Source: Azolla caroliniana
Lineage: Eukaryota; Plantae; Polypodiophyta
DNA: 64,000 nt
Reading direction: 5' to 3'
Assembly: GCA_043228905.1 (NCBI GenBank)
Contig: JBHGNT010000005.1
Span: 13,578,001-13,642,000, forward strand
Shown: piece by piece, positions 1 to 12,277 of the stretch
How positions within the stretch are numbered: position 1 is the first letter of the stretch
Layout of the letters: every line of letters starts with the position of its first letter
Program-made: the position numbers and the translations under genes
Notes under the pieces: generated by a model
Database searches by the model: none
What the model saw: the letters and a program-made list of their open reading frames with translations, nothing else
What the model was told of the DNA's origin: nothing

Positions 1-259
1 TTCTCACCCTTCTGTGATCGGATGTTCTGCATGTCTTCTTCAAATCTCTGATCTCATGAAAAACCTCTCATCATAGATGTAGAGAGCCTTTCACCAAAAA
101 CCTCTAATCCAAATGGCTCGCCATACAAAGAGTGTATGCACAAAAACAAACGCTCTACACAAAAAACTAGCAGAGAAATAGAGAGGGGACAGACAGAGAG
201 ATTAGTGATAGAGAGGGAGAGTGAGGGAGAGAGAGAGTGACCTCTTCTCAAGGGAGGTC

Positions 260-277
260 GTCCCACCAGGCGTGCCA
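260..277 (-). promoter_or_regulatory. Primer-binding site (tRNA-Arg-type) of a minus-strand Gypsy element running off the left edge
   Basis: Minus strand reads LTR end ...GGTAACA + CTTT + TGGCACGCCTGGTGGGAC, matching the complement of a plant tRNA-Arg(UCU) 3' end as recalled (TGGCACGCCCGGTGGGAC). Confidence 0.75.
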
Positions 278-281
278 AAAG

Positions 282-640
282 TGTTACCGATTAGGAACAC
301 TGTCTACGGTCAGTCCTTCGACGTAGACCTCAAGGTGACTGTGTTGCAAGGAAGGGTACCGTCGCACCGTAATACGTAATGGGATACTCCCTCATATCCT
401 AGTAGCGTATAAGGGAGACGACTACAACAGAACCCCTTAGGAAGTGCACTTGTATCCGCACTTACGCCTACACTTTTACGATTAACAATACACAACAGAG
501 AACAAGGAACACAATAGATAAAACCACAGATATGCACAAAAATTAGAGAAGATAGTATTCTATTAGAAAAATGCTCTATGCACCAAAATTACATGCTACC
601 TCTTACAGAGGATTTCTACCCTTTATATACACAGGGCCGT
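282..640 (-). mobile_element. Partial 5' LTR of an Arg-primed Gypsy element (related to the element C LTR)
   Basis: TGTTACC terminus at 282 next to the PBS; shares motifs (GGAGACGACTACAAC, CTTTATATA) with the LTRs at 15132 and 29413; other end lost. Confidence 0.6.
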
Positions 641-654
641 TAGCCGCTCTTCAA

Positions 655-1353
655 GCTCTGATACCAGTTTTTCGGGATGGTATCATGGAATTACAAACAA
701 GATACGCTGAAATGTACAAACAAATGCAAAGTACACAAAGACGCAGAGAATTTTACACGGAAACCAAAACGGGGAAAACCACGGGAACATAGATTCCACT
801 ATACAAAGAGAATAAAGAAAACTGAAACAGATCTTCTTTCACGATCTTAAATGATAACCCACTCAGGTTTCTTGGCAGGTTCGCTAACTTTGCCGCTACT
901 CTCTCTTCTCTATCACGCTCAACAAAAGAGGCTCACAACAACTCTAGTTTGCTCTATCACAGAAGACTCTATTCTACATCATATGATTGCCCTAGATGTA
1001 TTTATACTTATACGCGATATGGACTATTTACAAATGTAGTCCCTACTAATATCATTACTATTATTATCCTAATAACAATATCAGTTAATCAGCCGATTGG
1101 TCGACTAGTCGATTTGACTAGCTGACTCTTGTGTCGACTGTCCATTCGGTCCGACTAGTTGGCCTTATCGTCGACCATCTGGTTGGTCCAACTAGTTGGT
1201 CGTGTCTTTGACTTGGATCATCTATATACTCGACTCCCCCTTGTCCTCGATTGTCGGGTCTTGGCCCAAACAATTGGGTCCTCCTTGCCTTCGATTGTCG
1301 GCTCTCAACCCGACCAGTCAACTCCTCCCCATAGGAGAGACATATTCCTAACA
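655..1353 (-). mobile_element. LTR plus tRNA-iMet PBS (probably Copia); internal region deleted
   Basis: Minus strand starts TGTTAGGAAT at 1353; GCTCTGATACCA at 655-666 is the reverse complement of TGGTATCAGAGC; no coding region follows. Confidence 0.65.
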
Positions 1354-1640
1354 GTATGTACAAAGTGTATATTGGTTTTGAATTTGAGTTTACGTTTTTC
1401 TCTCTCTGTATCTACCACTTTTACATAAAGAAACTCAAGTCTAGAATGTAAATCAATTTCAATGAGTTGAATTAGGTGGATCCCCAAGGAGTGTTGGGTC
1501 ATCAAACCAAGTCGGGACACCTAGTTGTAGTTGAGGCAAGTATCGAATCACGGTGGCATTACTATATGACATGCACCCCCTCCTAACCTACGCATCGTCT
1601 GGTACGTGCCAATTGGAGAAAACGTACCCAAATTCCTCTT

Positions 1641-2780
1641 TCACTTTATTTGAACAGTTGATGCACACCAATCATCTTCATTCAAATCCAGAATCGACGC
1701 GAGTGTCAACTTCACCCCCTCCGTTCGAAAAGCTAACTCATTTACATTCTCTTCTAGACTAATGTCTTGTGATGAAACTGTCATTACCGCTTCCAACTGG
1801 ATATTTATAGCTGCCAGTTCATGGACCACCTCTTCTTCAACATCTTCTTCCCAATTCGAATTAACTTCCATTGATTCTTCATCTAGCAAAATGTAAAGAA
1901 CAAGAGAGGCTCTTTTTTTAAAGAGTTTAATCCGTTTACCAACAATCGGAACTCGAAGAAGAGTTCCATCAATTTCTGATAAAAGATATGTTCCATTTTG
2001 TCGGACTTCCACAACTCGATATGGCCCAGACCATTGATGGGATTTTTTTTGAATAGCTTTGTGTTGATGCTTGAGACTATTGTCAAACACCAAAACCCGA
2101 TCTCCTTTTTTAATGGGAATATTCCACAGTCGATGTCTCTTGTCAAATCGATCTTCTCTACATTCAGCCACCTGGACACCAATCTCATTATAAAAGAATC
2201 CATGATCGAAATCATCATCTTCCTCAAGAGAGGATGGCTCTAGAATAGTCCATGCTTGGGACAACATATCTGCAATAACATTGTTTTTCCCTGTAATATG
2301 TCAATTCTCTGGGTTAAACACCTTAATATAGACAATCCATCTCAGCATGGAGATATCTATAGAAGAGCATCCTGAAATCATTCCAAGGAACGGGGGACAA
2401 TCTGTCTCTATAACCACATCTGATCCAATCAAATAATCATTGTTTGCTTTAATCATAGAAACTAAACCCCACAACTCTCTCTTTCTTTGAGCATACCTTC
2501 TTTGTTGATCATGTAAAATCTTTTCTCCAAACCGAATAGCATATCAGTCTCTAGTTTCATCCTCCTGATTAATAACCCATCCAATTTTAGTTGGACTTGC
2601 ATCTACAGTCACAAAAATATGTCTTCCTTGCTCTATATAGGTCGTTGCAAGGTTGGCACAAATGACAAAAGTATCGTAATTTTCTTCATGGCCGGATTAT
2701 GTTCCTCCTCCCATATAAATCTTTGTCCTTTCTCTAATAGCTTATCTAAGGGATGATCAATATGCGCAAAATGTGGAATC
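1641..2780 (-). pseudogene. Element B RNase H and integrase C-terminus (integrase core deleted)
   Basis: TVDASP..IGWVINQED, RELWGLV, IETDC, NNVIADMLS followed almost directly by GDRVLV..WSGPYRV..NGTYLL (GPY/F module); stops and frameshifts. Confidence 0.8.
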
Positions 2781-3973
2781 TGTTAGGAAACAGGTCCCTT
2801 CGGATGGGAAGTTAGGAGAACCGGATGTGGAGTACCCGGCAACGGAAGACCCGGTGAGAACCGGATGACGAGTACCCGGCAAGGAAGACCCGGTGAGAAC
2901 CGGAAGTTGCAGGCCCGGTGAGAACCTCTCATCGGATGGAAGGGACATATATGTAAATATGTTCCAGAGAGCCCAATGGGGCTATATTTGTAAATAGCCC
3001 AAAAGTCATATTAGTATAAATATGACCTAGGGCAAACTTAATAGTGATGATGATAGAGTTATTGGTGTAACTTCTGTACAATGTGTAAGAGAGAGAGAGA
3101 GTGATATACAGAGATTGTGTCTCTGTTGTAACTGCCGCTAGGCGAAGATTGTGAGCAAGAGGTCGTTGCCTCTATGCTCCCTGTTGTATTACTTTACAGA
3201 GTGATAGTTTGGAGTCTGTGGACTCCCCTGGTTTTTCCCTCTCAGGGTTTTCCACGTTAATATCCTGTGTATTCTTTTTCTGTTTGTGCACTTACCTCCA
3301 TTCCCATTTCTTCTGTGTTCGATTTTTATCAAGTGATCTACACTTCGGCTGTGGCCGGAGATTATTCTGCGTATTCCATGTCAAACTGGTATCCGAGCAA
3401 AACGACACAGAAAAATGGACGATTTGTTGGGAGGCATGTTCAAGCTCACCGGCTCCAATTACTCAGTTTGGAAGTCGAAGATGAGGGAGATGCTCGTGGT
3501 TAAAGAACTTTGGTTGCCGGTTCAGTTCGGGGACAAGAGACCGGACAAAATTGATGCCACGATATGGGAGGTGATGCACATGAAGACAACGGCATACATA
3601 CGGTGCTTCATCGACATGAGTCTATACAACAACTTCAATGAAGAGAGCAAGGCTCATGAGCTCTAGGAGAAGATCAACATTATGTTTCAGAACAAAAATG
3701 TGGTTAATCAGGTTTCGGTATTTCGGAAGCTAGTAAGACTCCGGTACCAAGATGGCTCTAGCATGGCGGAGCACATGAATGCCTTCCAGGGGCTGATCCA
3801 CTAGGCAACATTATTGGAAGTACCTCTCGCCGATAAGGTACTAGCACTACTCCTGCTCGGTTCCCTCCCAGATAGTTGGGAGACGTTGGTTGTCACTTTG
3901 GGCAACGCTGGGCCGGAAGGGAAACGGTTATCCCTAGCAAGAGTGAAGTGGAGCTTGCTAGATGAGGAGGCGC

Positions 3974-4615
3974 TGTCACGAAGATTCACGTGTGTGTGTG
4001 CTACTCGAGCGACCACCGGGGTCTTGGACTAGGGAGGATGTTTGCAGAATTATCGAAGAGATGACGATCAATGTAAGATTAGATGAAATTGGTTTACTTG
4101 AGAAGAAGAAAGATTGTACACTTGAGAAGTAGAAAAATATGAAGAAGATAAAGACAAATATAATTATATTGATGATAATGGTGTTGGTGATATCACATAT
4201 TGAGCCCCCCTTACACAACAAGCCTAACTAGAGGCTTTTATAGGTCTTTCCATGCTTGTGACATGCACAAAACCATGGGCTAAAACCATGGTTTTGTGCA
4301 CACGGTTTTGCTTATGTCATGCACAACCCATGGGTTTAGAACCATGGTTTTGTGCACATGGTTTTCTAATGGTTGTTTCATCTATAATTCATATATGAAA
4401 AGTAAATACATAAAATCTACACTATATGATAGTTGTCCTAGTGGTAAGGCAATTATATTGTATCTTAGAGGTGCAAGGTTCAAACCTTGCTTGCACCGCT
4501 CTGTATGAACTCAAGTGCCATTAGGCCTTAGGTTTATTTGCTAAGTGCAATGTTGCACATCCTTGGTTTATTCGTCTCACTTGGTTTCACACCGTAGCCG
4601 AAAATCGTTACGATA
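3974..4615 (-). mobile_element. Solo LTR inserted in Copia A gag
   Basis: Interrupts DEEA|RRKD; termini TGTCACG...CGATA; probable 4-bp TSD GCGC/GTGC; minus-strand TATA (CTATAAAAG) near 4240. Confidence 0.75.
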
Positions 4616-5509
4616 GTGCGTCGGAAAGATAAGGATACAAGCTCCGACTCCAAAGCGCTCCTTACCGAATCGGAACGCGGAAGACAAAGGAACCGTAGTC
4701 CCCAGAATCGGGAGAAGTCGGGGACACGGTCAAAGTCAATGGGGAGGCCAACTTGCTTCTATTGCGGCAAGCCGGGACACTTCCAGAAGAACTGTCGGCA
4801 CTTCCGAAAAGACAAGGAAACCGACGGTACCGATTCGAAGCGGACGCCGGACCAGAAGGGAACGACGGCAATCACGGCAAGTGAAGAAGAGTTGATGCTC
4901 ATCACCGAGGAGACTGAGTTGAACCTTGCCGGCGACGAGACAACGTGGGTTGTCGATTCCAGAGCGTCGTTCCATCTTACCCCGGACCAGAAATGTTTCT
5001 CATCCTACACAACCGGTGATCACGGCTGTGTGCGGATGGGGAATGAAGGTACATGCCGAATTGTCAGCATAGGAGACGTGTGGTTGACAACGCCAACCGG
5101 ATGCAAGGTGCTGCTGAAGGATGTCCGACACGTTCTGGAGGTTCGACTGAACATGATATCAGTCGGTCGGCTAGATGATGACGGCTACACAGGTAGCATC
5201 CAGAACGGAGTCATGAAATTCAGCAAAGGGAGCCTGATAGTGGCTCGGGCCCGGAAGGTCAACATGATGTACCTGATGAATGCCCGGTTATGCCCGGAAG
5301 AAGTGAACGTGGCTTCAGACACTACCGGTGAGCTGTGGCACAAGAGACTATGTCACATGAGCGTGAAGGGGATGAAGAGGCTTGTCGATGACAACCTCAA
5401 TCCGGTGAAGAACGTGCATCTTGAGAGGTGCACCAACTGCCTAGCCGGTAAGCAAAACCAGACCTCTTTCCGATCAAGGCCACCGATGAGACGTAATGCA
5501 CCACTGGAG

Positions 5510-6165
5510 TACAGGAACTACAGGCTCCCGATGAACAACGCTTGGCCACAACCAAGCTTAGAATCAAACACAGAAAATGGGAATGAAGGCACGACACAAT
5601 AGAGAGAAGAGTACACAGGATGTTAACGTGGAAAAAACCCAAACTAGGGAAAAAAACCACGGCAGCCCACAGACTGCAAACTATCACTATATCACAATGT
5701 ACAATAGTAAAGCACCAAGGCAACAACCTCGAGCTTGCTTTCTTCGCCACAGGTGGCGGTTACAATAGAGGCAACGACCTCTTCCTCTCTCTCTCTCTCT
5801 ATACACAGTTACGCACTCAAATCTTGCCCCAACAAGAATGACAACTACGAATCATATTTTCTCTGTTTGCCCTAAGTCATATTTATACTAATATGACTTT
5901 TCGGTTATTTACAAATATAGCCCCGATGGACTCTCAGAAACATATTTACGAATATGTCCTGTCATCCAGTGAGCATTTCTCACCGGGCCTTCACCATCCG
6001 GCTTTTGCCAGGTACTCGTCATCCGGTTCTCACCGTGTCTTCCGTTGCTGGGTACTCTTCATCCGGTTCTTACCGGGTCTTCCGTTGCCGGGCACTCTTC
6101 ATCCGGTTTCCCATCATCACCACTGTTCTTTTCACTTCCCATCCGGAGGGACCTGTTTCCTAACA
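5510..6165 (-). mobile_element. Solo LTR of the Copia A family, inserted antisense in Copia A integrase
   Basis: Minus strand starts TGTTAGGAAACAGGTCCC like the Copia A LTR; TSD TGGAG (5505-5509 / 6166-6170). Confidence 0.9.
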
Positions 6166-7551
6166 TGGAGTTGGTGCATACTGATGTGTGTCAAGTGGAC
6201 ACAAAGTCACATGCCGGATCGCAGTACTTCGTGATGTTCATAGACGACCACAGTCGGAAGATGTGGGCCACACCTTTGAAGACGAAGGATCAGGTGCTAT
6301 CTGTCTTCAAAGAGCTCCACGCGAGAGTGGAAAGAGAAACCGGTCGGAAGCTGAAGGTAGTTCGAGCAGATAACGGACGAGAATACCAGGGGCAGTTCGA
6401 GGAGTACTGTCGCTCGATGGGAATCCGGCTCGAATTTACCGTGCCGAAGACTCCGGAACTAAACGGGCTGGCCGAGAGGATGAACCGGACCATAATGGAG
6501 AGGGTCCGGAGTATGCTGGTGCATGCAAAATTACCCAAGAAATTTTGGGTTGAGGCATTGTCAACAACGACATATGTGATAAATAGATCACCCTCAGTAC
6601 CCTTGGACGGAGACACGCCACAGAGAGTCTGGACCGGTAAGGAAGTGTCCTACCAGCATCTGAAGGTATTCGGGTGTCTTGCGTACGTGCATGTAGCTAA
6701 GGACCGGAGAGGAAAGTTAGATCCGAAGACCCGGCCATGCATATTCCTCGGTTACGGCGACGATGAGTTCAACTACCGAGTGTGGGACCCGGTCGACCAG
6801 AAAGTATTCTGGAGTCGAGATATTATCTTCATGGAGGACAAGACGCTCGCAGACTGGGAGTTGGAGAAGAAGATAATGAACTTCGAGTCGACTGGTAAGG
6901 AAAAATTTCGATTTGATGAAATGCAATTCCAACTGGCAAGAAGCCGGTTAGCACTCGATGAACTGGCCGGTTACGATGAGGAGACAAAACCGGCTGAAGA
7001 AGAAGAAGGAATAGGTGAAACCGAAATCGGACAAAACCCCGAATCAGATTCTGTCATGGCAAGACTCGAACCCATGACTTTATGCTACATGGGTCGAGCT
7101 CTTACCATTAGATTAGGAATTGTATTTTGTAGGATATTATTTTCATTTATACTTTATCATAGAAAATTGATGTATATTCCAGATCTCTCTGGAACATTCT
7201 AGAAGCTTCAAGATTATTCCTAAAAACACTATAAAAGGAGGCACAAGGCATTGTTTTGAACCAAATTGGTTCAACACCAGTCTTAAGCCTCTTAGCCGCT
7301 TGTACTTATCTTTTCACATAATATATAGCTGCTGTCATCATCTCTCTCATTCTCGCTATCTCTCTCTCTCTCCTCTTCTCACTTCCTCTCTCGGGAATCT
7401 TACGCAGTCCCGTCCTCTTAGTACTAATAGTACTGCTGTTCTTAGTACTAATTCCATCTCTGTTTTAGTACTATTCCTGACAGTTTGAGCCAATTTTCTT
7501 CTCTAGCCTACTTGTCACTCTCCCTCATCCTCCTACCCTTTTCCCTATACT

Positions 7552-8709
7552 ATGGCTACTGTTAGCGCCCAAGAATACCAATCCGTTTTCTCCGAGCTAC
7601 AGTGCCTAAAAGAAAAGTTTGTTGCCCTGGAACAAGAAAACCAACGGCTGATAGGGGATCTGCAACAAATCGCTCTAGAAAAACAACAAACGCAACAACA
7701 ACATGGGGAGTTAGCGTTACGGGTACAACAACTCGAAGCAGCGTTGCAACAACAAGGATCCAGTCCCCAAGGATTTCATAAAGAGCCCAAGATTGGACTT
7801 CCTGTGAAATTCGATGGAACGCGTTCGCAATTCCGGGGATTCCTTAATCAGGTACGCTTAGTCATCCAGATGCATCCTTCCCGATATCCCACTGATGCAT
7901 CTCGAGTCGGCCTAATAGGCACGCTACTTAGCGGCTCAGCCTTGGCATGGTTTGCTCCGCTTCTAGAAAAACAATCACCCTTACTTAATAACTTTGAAGA
8001 TTTTATTGGTGAGTTTAAAGCCTGCTTTGGAGACACCGACAGCATCAGGACGGCGATCAACAAGATCCGGCGATTGCGTCAAGGCGATCGTCCAGCCTCT
8101 GCCTACGCGGCGGATTTCCGCCTACTTGCTTCAGATATACCTTGGGATGATCAAGCACTAATGGAGCAGTTTCGCTATGGCTTGCGAAACGATGTCAAAG
8201 ATCTACTTCTAACTTTCCCCGAAGAACCAAAGTCTCTTACGGAGGCAATCAGTCGAGCCGTTCGATGTGACAACCGCCTTTTTGAACGGCGTTCAGAACG
8301 TCAATTACAGATACCAGGCTCTAGGCCAGAGCCCACTTACGCCGCAGTCGCGGCTAAACCGTTTGCACGAGACACACCTCAAGCAAATACTTCGACACCG
8401 ATGGAGATCGATACCATGCGTCGACGCGGCCCGTTATCGGAAGAAGAAAAGCAACGACGACGTGCCAATCGATTATGTCTTTATTGCGGTGGACCAGGAC
8501 ATATCGCCATCAATTGTCCCCATAGGCCAAGAAGACAGGTAAATCAAATCGTCGCCTGTACTAAACCCGAGTCAATTCTTCCCTTTGGAGTGTCTGATAG
8601 TATTAATAGTACTAATAGAGTGTCAGATAGTATTCATAGTACTAATAGCCCAAGTATCTCAAATAAATTTGAAATCCTTAGTCAATTAGATGAAGAGATA
8701 AACGATTGA
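7552..8709 (+). CDS. gag: Chromovirus Gag (coiled-coil N-terminus, capsid, CCHC knuckle)
   Basis: Intact 385-aa ORF; KFDGTRSQFRGFL, LRQG..ASAYAADF, PMEID, CLYCGGPGHIAINC. Confidence 0.93.
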   Translation: MATVSAQEYQSVFSELQCLKEKFVALEQENQRLIGDLQQIALEKQQTQQQHGELALRVQQLEAALQQQGSSPQGFHKEPKIGLPVKFDGTRSQFRGFLNQVRLVIQMHPSRYPTDASRVGLIGTLLSGSALAWFAPLLEKQSPLLNNFEDFIGEFKACFGDTDSIRTAINKIRRLRQGDRPASAYAADFRLLASDIPWDDQALMEQFRYGLRNDVKDLLLTFPEEPKSLTEAISRAVRCDNRLFERRSERQLQIPGSRPEPTYAAVAAKPFARDTPQANTSTPMEIDTMRRRGPLSEEEKQRRRANRLCLYCGGPGHIAINCPHRPRRQVNQIVACTKPESILPFGVSDSINSTNRVSDSIHSTNSPSISNKFEILSQLDEEIND

Positions 8710-11700
8710 GTCCAGCCAAAATAGGAGCCATTTGGTTGGACAGCAGCCCTAGATCTGTACAGCCCATTAGTGGTTCCATTCCTTCCAAGCAAGTTAGCAA
8801 TGTGTTCCTAGCCCAAGTCATTGTTAGTACTAAAAGTACTCCCCCAGTACCCGTCCTAGCACTTTTAGATTCCGGAGCTAATTCCTGTTTCATGGATCGA
8901 AATTTTGCCCAAGCTTCTCAGATATCCTTAAGAAAACTTCCTTGTCCCGCATCTGTAGTGGTCATTGATGGTCGTCCCATTGCTTCCGGGAATATTGTAG
9001 AAGAATCAGAACCCATTCAAGTTGTCCTAGGTAGTTTTGTGTGTATAATATCATTCAATATAATTAGTAGTCTAGAGCATCCCATTGTCCTAGGATTACC
9101 TTGGCTTGAATTACATAATCCAGCCATAGATTGGAGAACAAGAGAAGTCCGATATCGACCACCCCAAGAATCAACTCACCGAGTTTCGACCATTTCACTC
9201 CATCAACTACGCAAAGAAGGACCCAAGGAGGCAATGTTCCTATTTGCCATATCAGTACATCCTTCTAGCACTATTAAGAAGGACTCCTCAATACAACTTC
9301 CGGCAAAATATCATCCTTATGCCGATGTATTTGACAAGGTAAAAGCCGGTACCCTTCCTCATCACCGTCCCTATGACTGTCCCATCGATTTACAACCAGG
9401 AACCGAGCCACCATGGGGACCAATTTACAACTTGTCACCCACCGAGTTAGAAGTCCTTCGAGCCTACATAGAGGAGAACTTGGCAAGCGGGTTCATCCGT
9501 CATTCGAAATCTCCGGCCGGTGCACCCATCTTCTTTGTCAAGAAGAAAGATGGCTCACTTCGTCTTGTCGTTGATTACCGCGGATTGAATAAAGTCACCA
9601 TCCGGAATAGGTATGCACTTCCTCTTATATCAAGTCTTTTAGAGCGAGTTAATGGTGCCAAGTTTTTTACTAAAATCGACCTACGAGGAGCGTATAATCT
9701 CGTGCGGATCCGACCGGGAGATGAGTGGAAGACCGCTTTTCGCACGCGGTATGGGCATTTCGAGTATACTGTTATGCCGTTTGGCCTAACCAATGCACCC
9801 GCAGTCTTCCAACACATGGCAAATGATATATTCAGAGACCTCTTGGATATCTGTTTGATCATTTATCTGGATGATCTGTTGATTTATTCGAAGACCCAGG
9901 AAGAGCACGATTCTCATGTACTATTAGTACTAAAGCGACTCCGCGAGAATGGTCTTTATGCCAAGCTAGAGAAATGTAGCTTTGACTGCAAGCAAGTGGA
10001 ATTTCTAGGCTATGTCATCTCCTCAAAGGGCATCGCCATGGATCCAGCTAAAATCCAAACTGTACTAGAGTGGCAAATTCCACGGTCGGTACGAGATGTA
10101 CAATGTTTTCTAGGCTTTGCTAACTTCTACCGTAAGTTTATACAGGATTACTCGAAGATTATTTTACCTCTCACACAACTTACGAAGAAGGGCCAAGCAT
10201 TTCTTTGGTCCATCGAAGCAGATATGGCTTTTCGGCATCTTAAGAAAGCCTTTACATCAGCACCGATTCTAGCTCATGTGGATACAAGCAAACCATTCAT
10301 CATGGAGGCCGACGCATCAGATTTCGCCCTCGGTAGCATCCTTTCTCAACAAGGCGATAAAGAAGAGTTGCATCCGGTGGCTTTCCATTCGCGCAAATTC
10401 AATGTCGCAGAAATCAACTACGAAATACATGACAAGGAGTTATTAGCCATCGTGGATTCATTTGTACAATGGCGGCATTTCTTAGAGGGCTCTCCACATC
10501 AGGTCATTGTCTTTAGCGATCATAAAAATCTTGCTTATTTTCAGAACGCTCGCGTACTAAATCGACGGCAAGCTCGGTGGGCACAATTCCTCACGCGTTT
10601 CAACTTCGAAATCACATATCGACCGGGGAAGCAGCAAGGAAAAGCAGATGCACTATCACGGCGTTCATATCTTGCACCTCGTCCTGGTGACGCAACATTT
10701 GATAATCAAAAGCAAGTAATCTTGGGACCAACACGATTGCACACGACGCGGATTTTTCACACCCCGATGGATTCACGGATTACCGATGACATACGTGAAA
10801 CCTTGAAGACGGATAGTTTTGCTCAAGACATCCTGGCGCACATTGATACTTCTCGGGCATCCTGTTCTCAGTCTCAACAACCAGGTATTGACTACCGACA
10901 ATTCGAATATCATGATGGTTTGTTATTCTTTAAAAAGCGCGTATATGTCCCCGATTGCTCCTGTCGCCTTCAAATCGTCCAACATTGTCACGACACCCAT
11001 ACGGCGGGACATTTCGGTAGTACCAAGACGTTGGAGTTAGTGCAGCGATCTTTTTGGTGGCCCCACATGCGCCGTTTGTCGACGACTACGTTCGGACCTG
11101 TGATGCTTGCTGCCGAGCAAAGATGCCACGACACCATCCATATGGCTTGTTGGAACCTTTACCAAATCCAAGTAAGCCATGGCAGTCTATTTGTCTTGAT
11201 TTTATTACAGATCTACCGGTCTCGAAGGGGTTCGATGCTATCCTAACCGTCGTCGATCGATATACGAAGATGGCACATTTTGTGCCATGTACTAAAGCCA
11301 TCACTAGCGAGGAAACCGCCGCTCTTGTTATGCGTGAGGTATTTCGGCATCATGGCCTACCAGACAGTATTATCAGTGACCGAGGCCCGCAATTTGTCTC
11401 CAAATTTTGGCAGCATCTCTTCAGGATGCTCAAGGTCTCCTGCAACCTCTCCTCCGGCTACCATCCTCAAACTGACGGACAGGCGGAACAAACGAACCAA
11501 ACGTTGGAGCAATATCTCCGGTGTTTCCTAAGTTATCAACAGGACGATTGGGCCGAGATTCTCCACTTTGCGGAGTTTGCGTATAATAATGCTATTCACT
11601 CCTCGACTCGGGTCTCCCCATTTTTCGCTTATACCGGTTTCCATCCTCGCTGGTCGGTGATCGACACTCCGGAGCTACCTACCAACCCTCGTGCCGAGGA

Positions 11701-12277
11701 CCATTTGGAGAGGCTACGCAAGATCCAGATGGATCTCTCTACTCACCTTCGTCATGCTCAACACACACAGAAGACTTATGCGGATCGTCATCGGATTCCC
11801 TCCTCTTTTGCCATCGGAGATCGAGTATGGCTCTTACGTCGTCACATCAAGACTACTCGACCGTGCGACAAGTTGGATTATCGACGACTCGGTCCTTTCC
11901 GTATTACGGGGAAGATTAATGATGTCACCTTCCGCCTGGATCTCCCTCCGCAGCTTCAGATACATCCGGTTTTCCATTGTTCTCTTCTTGAACCTTATAA
12001 AGCAAACACCATTCCCGATCGTGTGACACCACCGCCGCCCCCGCTGGAGTTGGACGCCGGCCCGGAGTATGAAGTTGCTGCCATCCTCGATTCCAAACTT
12101 GTTCGCAACAAACTTTATTACTTGGTCGATTGGCTCGGTTATAGTCCGAGCGAATGTACTTGGGAACCCGTCGAGAATGTTGCCAATGCCCAAGATCTTC
12201 TTGCTGATTTCCACCGAAAGTATCCGGACAAACCCGGTCCGCTGTTAGCGCCGACTCGTTCCACTCGTCGTCTTTAA
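8694..12277 (+). CDS. pol: Chromovirus Pol (PR, RT, RNase H, integrase, chromodomain); -1 frame to gag, one 1-nt frameshift near 11075
   Basis: LLDSGA, YLDD, MEADASDFA, DHKNL, GHFG..KT, IISDRG, GPF, EYEVAAILDS..YLVDWLGY..TWEP; ORFs 8706-11246 and 11054-12277 join if one T is restored at 11075-11077. Confidence 0.9.

Noticed and set aside
4430-4497. Functional tRNA genes at the A/B-box modules (also 7052-7118 and 27597-27662)
   Set aside because: No convincing acceptor or anticodon stems; only the promoter boxes and a T-arm-like part are retained
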